A stretch of 64,000 nt of DNA from Eledone cirrhosa (GCA_964016885.1 OZ024751.1:38998001-39062000), one strand, 5' to 3'; shown: positions 44,079 through 59,593, counted from the stretch's first letter. The notes: a model not told the origin generated them from the letters alone. Translations and numbers: made by a program.

Positions 44079-44141
44079 ATACATACACACATAAATATAT
44101 ATATACACACAAACACATACGCACACACACATATATATATG

Positions 44142-44225
<84 letters not shown>

Positions 44226-44493
44226 TATATATATCTGTTATATATAATATATTTATATATTATATCTGTTATTGGTATATTCTATTGTGTTTTGACATTC
44301 AGGCAATGAAGAAAATCTTGGTATGCACCACATTATATATAATATATAATTACATGTATGTATAAATGGTGCATATGCCATTATACACATGTTACTAGAA
44401 ACAAGTACATAGTGATATAAAAATAAATGTGTGTATATTTGTATATAAGCATCTATATATACACATACACATATACATATACATATACGTACA

Positions 44494-44524
<31 letters not shown>

Positions 44525-44525
44525 G

Positions 44526-44617
<92 letters not shown>

Positions 44618-44712
44618 GGAGAGAGATTTGTTTATATATATACATATATACATATAGATATAGATAGATAGATATATATATATATTTGTTTTTATATATA
44701 TATATAATTGTT

Positions 44713-44783
<71 letters not shown>

Positions 44784-45471
44784 ATGTATATATGCATATA
44801 ACATATAACTTTCATATAACACACACACAAATGCACACACACACACACACACATGCACACATACATATGTTGCTCTATATTCAGTGCACCACACCACTGA
44901 ATAATCATGTTTATATATTTTTATGTTATTCTACTGGAAATTAACAAACAGCTCCAAGCTAAGTGTTAACTAGAAAATCTGAAAAATTCTGAGATATTTT
45001 CCTTGTTTTTCCTTGTGCCAAAATTCTGTTTAACCTCTAAATAGGAAGAAATATAATATTCTATTCTGTAACGTCCGTTTTAAATTTTTTTTTTTTTTTT
45101 TTTTTTGTTCATATGCTATGTTGTTGCTTCTTCTTTAATATTATTTTTATTTCAAGTGCTTTTATTTCATTTCATTTCATTTCAATTTATTTTATTTTAT
45201 TTTTTGATTCCTCTCACCACCCCCTGTCTAGTTTTCTCGCTCTCTTTCTTTTACTGTCTTCTAGTTGAAATGTTTGTGTATGTTCTTCCTCATTAGTAAG
45301 ATCGTCTGATGGATTGAAATGTTTCGAAGATCTGAAGAATTAAAAGAGCAAAACTTTTAGAGAGAATAATTGAACGAAACTCTGTCTTTCTGTCTAGTTA
45401 TCTGTCTGTACAGATATTGTTTTGTTTTCACCAATTGAAAATGAAGAAAAAAAATATATCCAAAAATAAAA

Positions 45472-45542
<71 letters not shown>

Positions 45543-45683
45543 ACAACAATATTAACAGTCGTAAAATGAGTAATGATAATCATAATGGTACAGTTTCTAC
45601 TACTATTACTAATACTACTACTACAAACACTACTACTAATACTACTACGATTAATACTACTACTATTACTACTACTACTACTG

Positions 45684-45715
<32 letters not shown>

Positions 45716-45776
45716 GAAGAAGAAGAAGAAGAAGAAGAAGAAGAAGAAGAAGAAGAAGAAGAAGAAGAAGAAGAAG

Positions 45777-45813
<37 letters not shown>

Positions 45814-46617
45814 TAAGCTTAAACGGTTATATAGTGAGAGATATAATGAGAAACAGAGAGAGCAAATGAATGATTGAGAATGCGGTGGAAATTCGAGAAA
45901 CAATGCATAAAAGATTTGCTGAGAATAAAAAAAAGTATATAGTAAAAGATGTGCAAAGAAGGCTGGGAGATAGGACTGACCGAATGGAGGGATGTGTGTA
46001 ATGTTAAACTGTATTGATTGTACTTAACCACCTTTCATTATCTATCGTCTGCATTGCTTCGTTCATTCACTACAAGTTGATTTCTGACGTCACATAATCA
46101 TGGCCGTCGCCTTAATCAACGCAAATGCAATGCATGAATGTAACGTGGTCTGACAATACGAGAGTGAAAATGAAAATGGACGTTAGTTGAACGCTATATG
46201 AATGAACGCTGCTTGTGAGTCATTATCAGGAATATAATAGTATAATGAAAACAGGGTTGGGGTGGATATAGTAGTGGGTGAAACATTTGAAAGGAGTGAA
46301 TAACGAAATTAACAAAAAGAAAATGCATCAGCAAATAGATTTTAAATGTTGAACTATGCCTAAGAACAAATAGAAATAGAATATTAAAGAACACAAAAAC
46401 AAGCAGCTACAGTAGTTAAATCTAGCCTGAGAAACACTTCATAGAAGTTGGACTGGGGAGACGCTTGGTGGATTCTTCGTCTTGGTTATAAGACGTTATT
46501 AAAAGTTGTTTTCAAGTAGTCGTTTGTACTGGCCTTTGCATTGTCTGGTTTTAATTGGTTTCACCTATATTTGTATCCTAAAGATTTCATTTCACACTAT
46601 CGAGTATAGATGTATTA

Positions 46618-46684
<67 letters not shown>

Positions 46685-46776
46685 CTGTATATATGTATAT
46701 ATATATATATATCCATATGTATATATATATGTATGTATATACATATATATATTTATATTTATATATATATATTTAT

Positions 46777-46895
<119 letters not shown>

Positions 46896-47744
46896 TAGAT
46901 CGCGTTATGGATTTTTAACCGAATTTGAGTGCCAGTGTGTCAATTTCAATATATTTCAGTTGTGCGCTACCATACTTTCTGACGCGCTGTTAAAAAATGC
47001 AATCGCTTTACAAACATTACTTAATGTATTATTTCGTTATTGCCAGGGTAAAGAATGGATGGTGACAGCTTGACATAAAATGAGAGCAGGAAATGCCAAA
47101 ATGAAACGAAACGAAATGTATAAAAACATGATAAGAGGAAAGCGTCGTGTAAATATGGAATTGAAAGAATATTATGCTATCAAAACATAGCAAGTTCTTT
47201 TTTCTTTTTTCTTTTTACTTTAAAAAATAATAATAAAGAAGCTGTTTACCCTACGTGCTATATAACCGCATTTCAAATATTCATTCATATGTTCATAAAT
47301 TTGTACTGGCAGAATCGATAAATCGATACAGAAATAATGATTGAAGTTAGTTGAGTATTTATTTATTTATTCGTCTGTTTTTGTAGCATGCAAATGCAAA
47401 ATATTTTGGAAAGTTTTGTGAAACTTCAACTAGTTTTATTTTGTTAAAATTCTTTTTCAAATAGAAATCATTAATTGTACCTTAAAATAAGCAGGATTCA
47501 TTCCTAAGTTTATTTTCAATCCAACTATAAATTGGGACTTAGAATAAGGAACTATTTCAAGATATTACCCTCAAATGTGTTTCTTTTTTATCGATTTCCA
47601 TTCACAGATGAGCTACAAAAGATCACAAGATGTTTATTTTAATATTTTGTAAACAACGTCACCATCTTATTACTATTATATTTAGATAAAGTTATTTAGG
47701 GTTGTTTGGTTAAAAGTATAGCCGAATGTTGGAGCAGTATTTGT

Positions 47745-47860
47745 TACCATTACTTAGGTTCAGAGATCAAATACCACCGAGGGTATAGCATGTAAGGGAA
47801 TTTACCAGTTGACGACTGAGGATGATTTCTGGCCTTGTGCTTAAGTCCCAAACCATTATT
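47745..47860 (+). mobile_element. Degenerate SINE (Meta-like)
   Basis: GATCAAATACCACCGAGG...TTCTGGCCTTGTGCTTAAG...AAACCATTATT. Confidence 0.5.
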
Positions 47861-48403
47861 TGTCATTGAAGATAGTGAAAAAATCATTATCAAAGATTTA
47901 AGATAGTTTCCTTGAAATATTAATATCAAATCCAGAATAACAATATTAAGCATCTAAGAATTAATATTAAATAGGATTTTGCTGTTCAGATTTAATTGTT
48001 TTTACATTTTTAAAATGACTTCTCAAACTGCTTATATATATATATATATAGTCTGATCCAGATTTTAGCTGCATTGAATGGTTTCGCCAAGAAGCATGGT
48101 TCCCTAAATTGAGATAAGGCTTTAATATGATAAAATCATTGCATATCCTTGTGTTGTTAGAATTTTCTCCATAGAATAAGCATTCATTTCCGAGATATCT
48201 GATGGCTGATAGGTCAATTGTTAGAAATCTACAACATCAGGGGAATCCATGTATGTGTATATTATGTATCTATGTATCTATGTAGGTATGTATGCATGTA
48301 CGTATATGTATGTATGCATATAGATATGCATGTATGTACGTATACATGTATGTATGTATGTATGTGCATGTATTTATATGTATATATGTATGTAAGCATA
48401 TAT

Positions 48404-48632
<229 letters not shown>

Positions 48633-49445
48633 CGTGTGTGTGTGTATGTATGTATATATGTGCACTTTAAAGGTGTGTGTGGTAGGATAGTGTTAAATAT
48701 TAGTGCTTACAAAATTGTATGTAGAGGGAAAAGTGTCGTTTCTACAAAACGTATAATTGATTGAATTTCGCGAGATAAGGTAGAAGTCTTTGATCATGAT
48801 AATGTTCCTTGGTTGGCCACAATTCTGAACAATGGGAGCTAAACAATAAAGTTCCTTCTGCAATATACAGTGGAGATTATTTCTTAGAAATGGCGGCTGT
48901 TATATCAAAACTACAACATTAATTTCCATCAGACAAGAATTTGGTTTGTTGCCAATGCATTGTTGCGTTGTTGTTAGAGCAACTGCAGTGTTGCCTCCCT
49001 TAGCTATATACTTCTATAAACTAATGCGGCATCAGTATATACACATTAAAAAAGGGAGAGACTAGAAAGAAGACAGACAAGGCAAGATTATAAAGACAGA
49101 AGCAGATTGGAAGGAAAATAATACGGGAAATAAATAAAAAGAAACCACACTGGATTTATTGTGAAAATGCTAGTAAGCGAAGACGATTATATATGGAAAT
49201 GAAGACGAGATCTCGATTGATGCCAAATTGTGACTGGTAGTTTATTATCTTATTTCTCATTTTTACAGGAAATACACTGCATGTGATCACGTGGCTTTGA
49301 AGGTTAATAAAACGGAGTTATCCATAGATATATTCATATATATATATGTGTGTGTGAGTGTGTGTGTCTGCGTATGTGCCTGTGTATCTGTCTTTATATA
49401 TATGTATACAATTGCACACATAGATATACACGCACATATACATAC

Positions 49446-49504
<59 letters not shown>

Positions 49505-49756
49505 GAGAGAGAGATAGACATATATAGATATATTTGCGCCAGAAGCATTACTTCGTCGCTACAATGAGTTACTTGATAAAGTGTCTGTAAAAGAATCTGC
49601 GAAAGAGGAGTTTGACCAGGAATCTCAGAAGTATAAAAGTATGACCAGATGTGAACCGGGAAAGAATAGAACACTTACTATCAGGAGTTTAAACGATGTA
49701 TCAAATATGTCGCCAAACCAATTTGAAATCGATGAATCTGAAGAATATAGAAATAT

Positions 49757-49910
49757 AATTGTTCCTTCTTTTGGCACAAGGCCACCAATTAGCCCAGTAC
49801 ATTACTGGTTCTTTATTTTATCGACCCCGTAAGGATGAAAGGCAAAGTTAACCTCAACGGATTTGAACTCAGAGCGTAAAGGTGCGTAACTCTATGCTGA
49901 AAAAGATGGC
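49757..49910 (-). mobile_element. SINE (Meta-like), 5'-truncated
   Basis: Colinear with the 2011 copy. Confidence 0.85.
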
Positions 49911-50190
49911 TTATATATTACAATACAATATTTTGATTCTAAAGTGTATTGTGGCAATAAATGCCTTAATTTGCCTTAAAACATATCATGTTTCATCAAA
50001 CACATATTTGTTGATTTAGATTCTGTTATTTTCCTTGGATAATTTTTTATTTAATTTTAACATTTTAATAAGCCTTATGACCTAAGTTGATAACACAAGT
50101 GATGTCAGTGAATAGTTACTAACATTTTCTTGGCACACACAACAACAACAACAAAAACACAATCAAACAACAATAATAATGATAATAATA

Positions 50191-50380
50191 ATTGTTTCTA
50201 TTTTAGGCACAAGGCCAGTAAATTATCCAGTACATTACTGGTACTTTATTTTATCGACCCCGTAAGGATAAAAGGCAAAGTTAACCTCGGCGGGATTTGA
50301 ACTTAGATCATAAAGAGACGTAACTCTATGCTACGAGTCAAGGTGTCCGACTCTCTACCGATACTGCCAATCCACCGCCC
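50191..50380 (-). mobile_element. SINE (Meta-like), full length, in an (AAT)n tract
   Basis: Colinear with the 2011 copy, ends TCCACCGCCC. Confidence 0.88.
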
Positions 50381-51649
50381 TTATAATAATAATGATGATG
50401 ATGATAATAATAATATTAGCCATTCTAGTATTGAAACAGTTAGTTGTGATATAAATAATATAAAACAGAACCTCTACTCTTGCCTCCTCACCTTCCTTTT
50501 CCATCTCCCTTTTTTTCTCCTCTTCTTCTTCATCTTTCTATCCTTCTCGTCATCGTTATTATCATCCTCCTCCTCGCCTTCCAGTAATGTTTATTTCTCA
50601 TTAAAAGAAAACAAATAATAATATTAATAATAATAATAATAAAAAGCATAGTAATAATAATAATATATTTTATGAATAGAAATTGAAGTAAATAATTTCA
50701 CATAATTAATGGACGACTTTCTTCCTTTTTCATCGACGAAAGTAAACAAGAGCTTTTATTGTTCAATTTACAACCCCCCACCCCCTCCAAAAAATAATAA
50801 ATAAAAAGAAAAGAAAAAAGAAAAAGAAAAGAAAAAGAAAAAGAAAACAAACAAAACAGAAAAGTACATTATTTATTTTGAGTTTGACAGCAAATAAAAA
50901 TCGTTAAGTATAATAAAATTTTAAGACAAAAATAGAAAGAAGGAAAAGAAGAATGAAAGAACGAAGGGAAACAACAGAATAATTATTTAAATACTTGTTT
51001 TTTATAAACTTTGGTCATATTAATGCGCTATCTTTGAAAAACTTTCATTGCTGTACATTAAAAGAGTTTATATTTTATTTTAACTCCGTCTTATTCTTAT
51101 TATTATTTTTCTTATTCGGCTTTAATAACAGAAAGCTACTCAAGAGGAATCACTTGTTAAGAAAATGGATTCATTTCGTCGCTGCTTTGTTTGGCACATG
51201 CATAAATTAATTAATTCCAGCATGCGCATAATCGCAGACAATTGAATGAAATGGAATGAAAATAAAAGAAAATATAAGAAAAATATATATATAAACAAAT
51301 AAACACATACACAGAGAGAGAAAAAAACTATTTATTTATTCTACTCAAAAACTACAAAGTATTTATCCACACAACACATATACATTCAGAATTACACCAA
51401 AATGAACAAATATAGAAATTATGCTGAAATCACACAAGAATAGAAGAGAAAGCCTCTTTCAAAATACATTCGGCTATTTTTACCTTCATAAAAATTGAAT
51501 GTTAATATAATTACTTCAACTAATATTTAAACACTTTAAACGTTATGACTAATAAATTTTGTAAAGAAAAAGTTATGATCGCATATTTTGATGTGGGCTG
51601 GGATGAGGAAAGAAATATATATATATAAATACTGTATATATATATATGC

Positions 51650-51707
<58 letters not shown>

Positions 51708-51723
51708 TAAAATAACAGATTAA

Positions 51724-51764
51724 AGTTTAAGCTGCTTTCACCCTTAACGGGATCTTCTGAAACT
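51724..51764 (-). ncRNA. Hammerhead-like motif with U4A core and shortened stem III (family B)
   Basis: Minus: AGTTT-CAGAAGA-TCCCGTTAAGGGT-GAAA-GCAGC-TT-AAACT. Confidence 0.6.
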
Positions 51765-51843
51765 ATATATGCATATTCATTTAACTTTCATGGATGTTTC
51801 TGGGATTCATCTATGTCACGTGCATATAAAATGTTAGTGAAAA

Positions 51844-51920
<77 letters not shown>

Positions 51921-51930
51921 GCCTGTACTT

Positions 51931-52004
51931 GACTAGAACTGTTTCATTCATGTGAAATCATAAACAATTCCTGGTGATTTCATGAGAATAGAACAGTTCT
52001 AGTC
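51931..52004. repeat. ~74-bp imperfect hairpin next to (TA)n
   Basis: GACTAGAACTGTT..TGAAATCA / TGATTTCA..AACAGTTCTAGTC. Confidence 0.8.
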
Positions 52005-52030
52005 TTGTAGAAACCATTTCTATATTAAAT

Positions 52031-52118
52031 AATTGTTTCTACTTTTGCCACAAAGCCAGCAATTTACCAGTGTATTACTGGTACATTAATTTATCGACCC
52101 CGTAAGGATGAAATGCAA
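52031..52118 (-). mobile_element. SINE (Meta-like), 3' part
   Basis: AATTGTTTCTACTTTTG...TTACTGGTAC..TATCGACCCCGTAAGGATGAAA. Confidence 0.8.
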
Positions 52119-52257
52119 TAATGATGCTTACACTCTGCGAATGTGTTGAGTAACCTGTGCTTACCCACGATTTCACTAGGGATCTATATATATATATATA
52201 TATATAGTGTGTGCGTGTGTATATGTGTGTAAATGTGTGCGTGTGTAGATTCTTATA

Positions 52258-52301
<44 letters not shown>

Positions 52302-52602
52302 TATATATATTAAATGCGTATATAATGGAAAGATACATATATACATACATATATGTATGTGTGCATGTATATACATATATAAACCTATTAATATAAGAAC
52401 GTATGTAAATGTTTGTGTACATGTTTACATGTATGCCTGAATATAGTATGAACATTTTTCGACAGAATGACAGTCACCAATCACTCCGATGTCAGGAACC
52501 GTTTAATAAGCGCAATAATTTTAAAAGCCTCACTCTTGAAATGATGTCATATTTGTAAAATGAAAATAACACAGAACCTGACATATATATGTATATATGT
52601 AG

Positions 52603-52700
<98 letters not shown>

Positions 52701-52768
52701 AGAGGTGTATATGAATAGACATTTGCAAAATGAAAATAGCACAAGAGCTTACATACACACACACACAC

Positions 52769-52820
<52 letters not shown>

Positions 52821-53176
52821 TTACATAATACATACATGCATGCGTACATGAAGTTTGTTTAAAGTACATCCAGTTTGAGTGATCCACAAAAATTAACCAA
52901 ATAAAAAAAAAAAATACAAAGCTGCTCAAACGGACAAGAAGTGTTATCAACAAGAAATAGTATAAGAATGTCTCTCACGTAAAACACGTGATCTAGAAGC
53001 TTCTACAGAGCTGTAATGTATGCTTGGAACGTCTTTGGAAATAGTATGTGTGTGTTGTATGTTTGAAGCTGTGAAATATGTATAAAACGTCACTGGAAAT
53101 TGTATTGAGGAGGGAAATGTGTTTGGAACGTCATTCTTTCTATACATGAGACCCTTAGCATTATTTAAACATAGAC

Positions 53177-53260
<84 letters not shown>

Positions 53261-53264
<4 letters not shown>

Positions 53265-53489
53265 GATCCCGTTAAGGGTGAGAGCAGCGATTCTGTGCTT
53301 AAACTTTACTCTGTTATTTTTAATAAATATTTGCTCTAGGTTTCTTATATATTTGATATATATTTATCCTTACCGAGCCCTCATTGGATTTTAGTCTTCA
53401 GATTTATTATTATTACTATATATATATACATATATAAGATTATGTTAAGGGTGAAAGCAGCGATTCTTTGCCTAAACTTTAATCTGTTA

Positions 53490-53493
<4 letters not shown>
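53261..53493 (+). mobile_element. Two direct copies of HHR family B separated by a short TA run
   Basis: GTTAAGGGTGA(G/A)AGCAGCGATTCT at 53271 and 53444. The first copy continues into the shared tail. Confidence 0.8.
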
Positions 53494-53586
<93 letters not shown>

Positions 53587-53968
53587 GTATATATATATAT
53601 ATGTGAGTACTTTAATATTTGCCGAATTCACTAGTGTCTACATTGTATCGACACCTGCATAATTATATATACATACAATTTCCTTAATGTGACCCCAAAC
53701 GTAGCCAGAATTACACTGAGGCCAAACGTGACCCAAAGCAAACGTAACCAATTCACTTACAATGTCGACCCACACACCAAATCCTGTCCACTGAAGGAAG
53801 AACTAAACCACGTACGTCCACGTTTTCCCATTAACACATCCACCGACCTGTATTCATTATCGTTTCTGTCTGGAACTAACTGTCAGCAAGAGCTCAGCCG
53901 TCGGTTTCCGACTCTTTCTAATATATATATATATATAATCAAATATACATATATATATGTTATATATT

Positions 53969-54022
<54 letters not shown>

Positions 54023-54048
54023 TACATATATATATATATGTATATATA

Positions 54049-54108
<60 letters not shown>

Positions 54109-54916
54109 TGTGTATGTATATATATATATATATACATATATGTGTATATATATATATATTTTTTTTTTTAAATATATCTCAATAACTTGATATGCAAATA
54201 GAATACAATATTTGGCATAACGAAAATATATGAAAAGCAACCATTATTTTGGCTGCTGAACATTGTAAAATATAATCCTATAACTACATTTAGCAAGTAT
54301 TTTTCAGTGAAAATAAAATCGTTAAGAAGTTTGATTTCTTCACTTACATAATTCACATATGGTATGGATTTTTTCGTTTGAGAAAAAACATATTCTAATT
54401 CAATATATTTTTATGAAATGCATTTTAACGTCCCACCTCTTTACCAAATTCTTTCCTTTCAGGAAGGCAGTACACAATATTCTTTCGTCGCCTCTAAAAT
54501 GAATAATATGATATAATAATGCTGAGTTTTCATTTCATTTGTGTATTTCAATTTAGAAAGTTCAAAATAATGAAAACAAAAAATGTATACATATATATAT
54601 ATACATTCACACACACTTACACACAAAGACCCACACATATATATATATATATATATTTACGTGTGTGTGTGTGTATGTGTGTATATAAAATGGCATCACT
54701 AAAATTGAACTATACCGTACATGGAACTGAATACAATTCTATAGTGTATATACACATTATATAAATATACTATACACACGTGTGTGAGAGAGAGAATGTG
54801 TGTGTGTTTTAGACAAAGAGTCTGAGGGAGTTAGATAAAGTAAGCACGAGAGATTGGTGATTATGTATTCAGATTGATATAGCTAAATGTTAATGAATAT
54901 ATAGATATATACATAC

Positions 54917-55000
<84 letters not shown>

Positions 55001-56574
55001 GTGTATGTGCGTGTATGAGAATGTATACATATCTGTGTGTGTTTTGATGCATATATGCATAGATGTGTGAAATCTTTCGGGAAATTACATGTGTATATCA
55101 CTGTAATTTTATATATATGTGTGTTTGTGTGTGTGTGTACATGAGTCCACGTCTGGGTCATGTCTGTATAGATCTACGTGTATGCCTGTATATGTGATGT
55201 GTTTTTCGTATCTATTAAGAATCTGAGAGAACGATTCTTACCGTTTCTACATTTCTACACAAAGGCAAATCTAATGTTTAGATTATCTGCCAATTATTAC
55301 TTTTTTATACTTTTTTTTCTTTGAGGTGTTTTCTTTTTTTCTTTTTTCTTTATTTCTTTTTTTTTACAGGATCTAACAATGAAGAGATTGAATAAAGAAT
55401 AAAAGCTGGGAAGGACTAATAACACTGCAATCTAGCAATAACCAATATTGCTTTATTCTTTTCAGGCTATCTTTTATATCCACTAATGGTGTTGATTGTG
55501 TGAATTATGAAAACCACCCTTTTACACAAGAGCCAATAATATATTAATCAAAGACATCTCTCTACATGTGCCTTCTTTCTACACCTCTGTCGTATGTTTT
55601 AGCTTTAAATGTACTAGTAGTAAGAGAGAAAAGGATAGGAGGGGGCATGAAATGACAAGAAAGAGGATAAAGATAGAAAGGAAAGAAGAAACGAAGAGAG
55701 AAAAAGAGAAAGGAGTAATAAACCATGAACAAGAATGAAACGAATAAGAATGAAAGTAAGTAAAAAAAATGTACAGAAACACAAACAAAAAGAGAATTCT
55801 AATGAATAAGCAGAGAGAGAATGAGTGTCAAAATTCGAGGAAGAATGAAAAATAGAGAGAAGGAAAGAAAGAAGAAAGAAAAAAATGTGTGTTAGACAAT
55901 CAAGGAAAATACAATGAAAATGTATGAAATAAGCAGAAAAACATACACAAAGACAACCAGAAGGGGTAATGAAAGACCAATATATGAAGAAATATTTATG
56001 AAAGAATAATTGTAATGAAATAATCGAGATTTCTCTGTGATGTGAAAATGGTGAACAGGGGGCAGTTAACATGTTGATACGGAAATATAATCGTATTAAA
56101 ACGAACTCAGAATTATGTATAATAATGTATAATTGTTTAAAATTAATCGAAGTCGAAAATAACCTAAATAAACAAGTCCAGTGGATTGCAATATTGACAA
56201 TGTAAAGAAGTAGAAATATTTCTGATGTAAAGCCCAATATCTATTGAACACATCCATTATTATACTATAAACATATATATATATAATCATATGTAGAAGT
56301 TGTATTTAATTTGTTGGAAGTCCGACTAACATAAATGTTTATAACTGATTTAGAGCACTCAACAGTTTAGTGGAGGAAAATATATATAGTTATATATATT
56401 ATTCAACATATTATCACATACACACACATATGTATATATAGTCAAAGTGTGTGCTATGAGCCATTCTTTTTTTCACATTCTTTATGCATATAATTGAAAA
56501 TTCTTTTTCTGAACGCACCGGAGAGGGTGGTGGGGGCAGAGTCGTCAAATACTTCTTCCAGCGGGTCCTCTTAT

Positions 56575-56638
<64 letters not shown>

Positions 56639-56704
56639 AAAAAAGATGAAATCGAAAATGCAACTGGAGTCTTATTTTTAAAAAAATGTATATATTTATT
56701 TGGT

Positions 56705-56744
56705 TTCTTTACCGGTTTCGCAGTTCTTCTGCTTTTCAAAAGTA
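56705..56744 (-). ncRNA. Minimal hammerhead motif, U3-A8 core (family F), in a ~145-bp insert between (TA)n tracts
   Basis: Minus: TACTT-TTGAAAA-GCAG AAGAA CTGC-GAAA-CCGG-TA-AAGAA, then AATAAA. GUA triplet. Confidence 0.75.
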
Positions 56745-56776
56745 GAGTTGAGATGGAGGGTCTGTGGTTTTTCTCA

Positions 56777-56852
<76 letters not shown>

Positions 56853-56856
<4 letters not shown>

Positions 56857-57064
56857 ATAATAATAAAATTGAAGACTAAAATCCAAAGAGGGCTCGATAA
56901 GGATAAATATATATCAAATATATAAGAACCGTAGAGCAAATATTTATTAAATAACAGATTAAAGTTTAAGCAAAGAATCGCTGCTTTCACCCTTAGTTAG
57001 TTTCAGAAGATCCCGTTAAGGGTAAAAGCAGCGATTCTTTGCTTAAACTTTAATCTGTTATTTA

Positions 57065-57069
<5 letters not shown>
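56853..57069. mobile_element. HHR family B fold-back element between (TA)n tracts
   Basis: 56941-56995 is inverted at ~57017-57071. Plus-strand motif 56999-57049 AGTTT-CAGAAGA-stem II-AAAA-GCAG..TTGC-TT-AAACT. Confidence 0.82.
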
Positions 57070-57134
<65 letters not shown>

Positions 57135-57574
57135 ATATATATTGTGTCATACATATATATGTATGTCAATATACATGCGTGTGTGTGTGTGTGCATGTGT
57201 GTGGGTATGCACGTGTATGTTTCTGTGTGTGTAGTTAATCACTAAGTCAATGTGAAAATATTATTCAAGTAAATTAGTGTAAAATGATCAGAAGAACTAA
57301 GAAGATTGCTAGAGATCTTATGTTAGTGAAGTATAATTATTGCATTTGAACCGTTAATCTTAATATTTCCAATCAAATATTTGGATTAACAAATCCCGGA
57401 TCTGTTTTGAGAAGTAATGACCTGGGGCTTAACAACAACAACAACAAAGATAACAGGAACGAAATGGTTGAGGTTACACAAAGCTTGACTCCTGGGAATG
57501 TTAATTATCTCACGTACTCATGTAAACTACACAGCAGCAAAAATACGAAAGCAACCAGGACAAATATAATAAAC

Positions 57575-58055
57575 ACGACCACCACAAACCACCACAAACC
57601 ACCAACAACACCGCCACCAATACATTCACTACTAACACCATCACCACAAACAAAAGCATTAACACAACAACAACCAGCACTACTACAACAAACCTGACCA
57701 ACACAAACCACCACAAACCACCAACACCACCGCCACCAATACTTTCACTACCAACACCATCACCACAAACAAAAGCAGTAACACAACAACAACCAGCACT
57801 ACTACAACAAACCTGACCACCACAAACCACCACAAACCACCAACACCACCGCCACCAATACTTTCACTACCAACACCATCACCACAAACAAAAGCAGTAA
57901 CACAACAACAATCAGCACTACTACAACACACCCAACCACCACAAACCACCACAAACCACCAACACCACCGCCACCAATACTTTCACCACCAACACCGCCG
58001 CCACCAATACCTTCCCCACCAACACCATCACCACAAACAGAACAATTAACACAAC
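57575..58055. repeat. 119-bp AC-rich tandem repeat, ~4 copies
   Basis: CACAAACCACCACAAACCACCAACACCACCGCCACCAATAC recurs. ORF-track starts 57714/57833/57952 are 119 apart. Confidence 0.9.
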
Positions 58056-58149
58056 AACAGTAACAACATAAATGATACAGGTAACTATTGACTTGAAATA
58101 ACAATAACTACAAACTAAATAACAGCAATAAATATAACAATATCAAAGA

Positions 58150-59330
58150 CAGCAGCAACAACAACACTAACACCACCAACACCAACACCACCAACACCAA
58201 CACCACCAACACCACCACTAACACCACCATCACCAACACCACCAACACTAACACCACCAATACCACCACTAACACCACCATCACCAACACCACCAACACC
58301 AACACCACCAATAGCACCACCAACACCACCACCACCAATACCACCACCAACACCACCACCACCAATACCACCACCACCACCAATAACACCACCACCACCA
58401 ATACCACCACCAACACCACCACCACCAATACCACCACCAACACCACCACCACCAATACCACCACCAACACCACCACCACCAATAACACCACCAACACCAC
58501 CACCACCAATACCACCACCAACACCACCACCACCAATAACACCACCAACACCACCACCACCAATACCACCACCAACACCACCACCACCGCCAATACCAAC
58601 ACCAACACCACCACCACCAATACCACCACTAACACCACCACCAACAATACCACCATTAACAACAACTCCAGCAGCAACAACACCACCAATAATACCACCA
58701 CCAAGACAACCAAGAACACCAACACCACCAACACCAACACCACCGATACCACCACCACCACCACCACCACCAACACTGACACTACCGCCACCAATAACAC
58801 CACTAACAACATCCCCAGCACTACCGACACCACCAATACTACCACCAACAACACCACCAACAACACCACCAACAACACCAACACCACCAACACCACCAAC
58901 ACCACCACCAGCGACATCAACACCACCACGGCTACCATCACCACCACAATCAAGAACACCACCACCACCACACCACCACCGCCACCGACACCACCAACGC
59001 CACCACTGACACTACCGCCACCAATAACACCACTAACAACATCACCAGCACCACCGACACCACCAATACTACCACCAACAACACCACCAACAACACCACC
59101 AACAACACCAACACCACCAACACCACCAACACCACCACCGCTACCATCACCACCACTATCAAGAACACCACCACCACCACCACCACCACTACCAGCACCG
59201 ACAACAAAAACAACGCCATCAACGCCACCACCACCAACACCATCAACAACAACACCACCACCGCCACCACAACCGCCAACAACACCACCACCACCGCCAC
59301 CTAACAACAACAACAACACCAACAACAACA
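58150..59330. repeat. (ACC/AAC/AAT) low-complexity tract with internal duplications
   Basis: CACCAATACCACCACCAACACCAC-type units. CACTGACACTACCGCCACCAATAAC occurs at ~58774 and ~59004. Confidence 0.9.
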
Positions 59331-59492
59331 GCATTAGTGTCACCAATGCTACATATATGACCATTTGACTTAGTAGGTAAGTTATATATATATTTGTTTT
59401 ATTTCACGTGACATCTTGCTTTACGAGAGTTATTTCATAGTTTAGTTGTGACTGGCAACAAAGAGAAAGCAGCTGCTACAGAAGGTGTATAT

Positions 59493-59593
<101 letters not shown>

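Noticed and set aside
49581-49832. 83-aa ORF as a host exon
   Set aside because: It runs into an antisense SINE and has no recognisable domain or strong splice sites.
52150-52182. Helitron 3' end (hairpin plus CTAG)
   Set aside because: The hairpin is weak and no matching 5' end or second copy was seen.
58108-59364. 418-aa Val/Gly ORF or mucin-like Thr/Asn frame
   Set aside because: Low-complexity (ACC/AAC) tract, with frame breaks on the plus strand and no exon boundaries.
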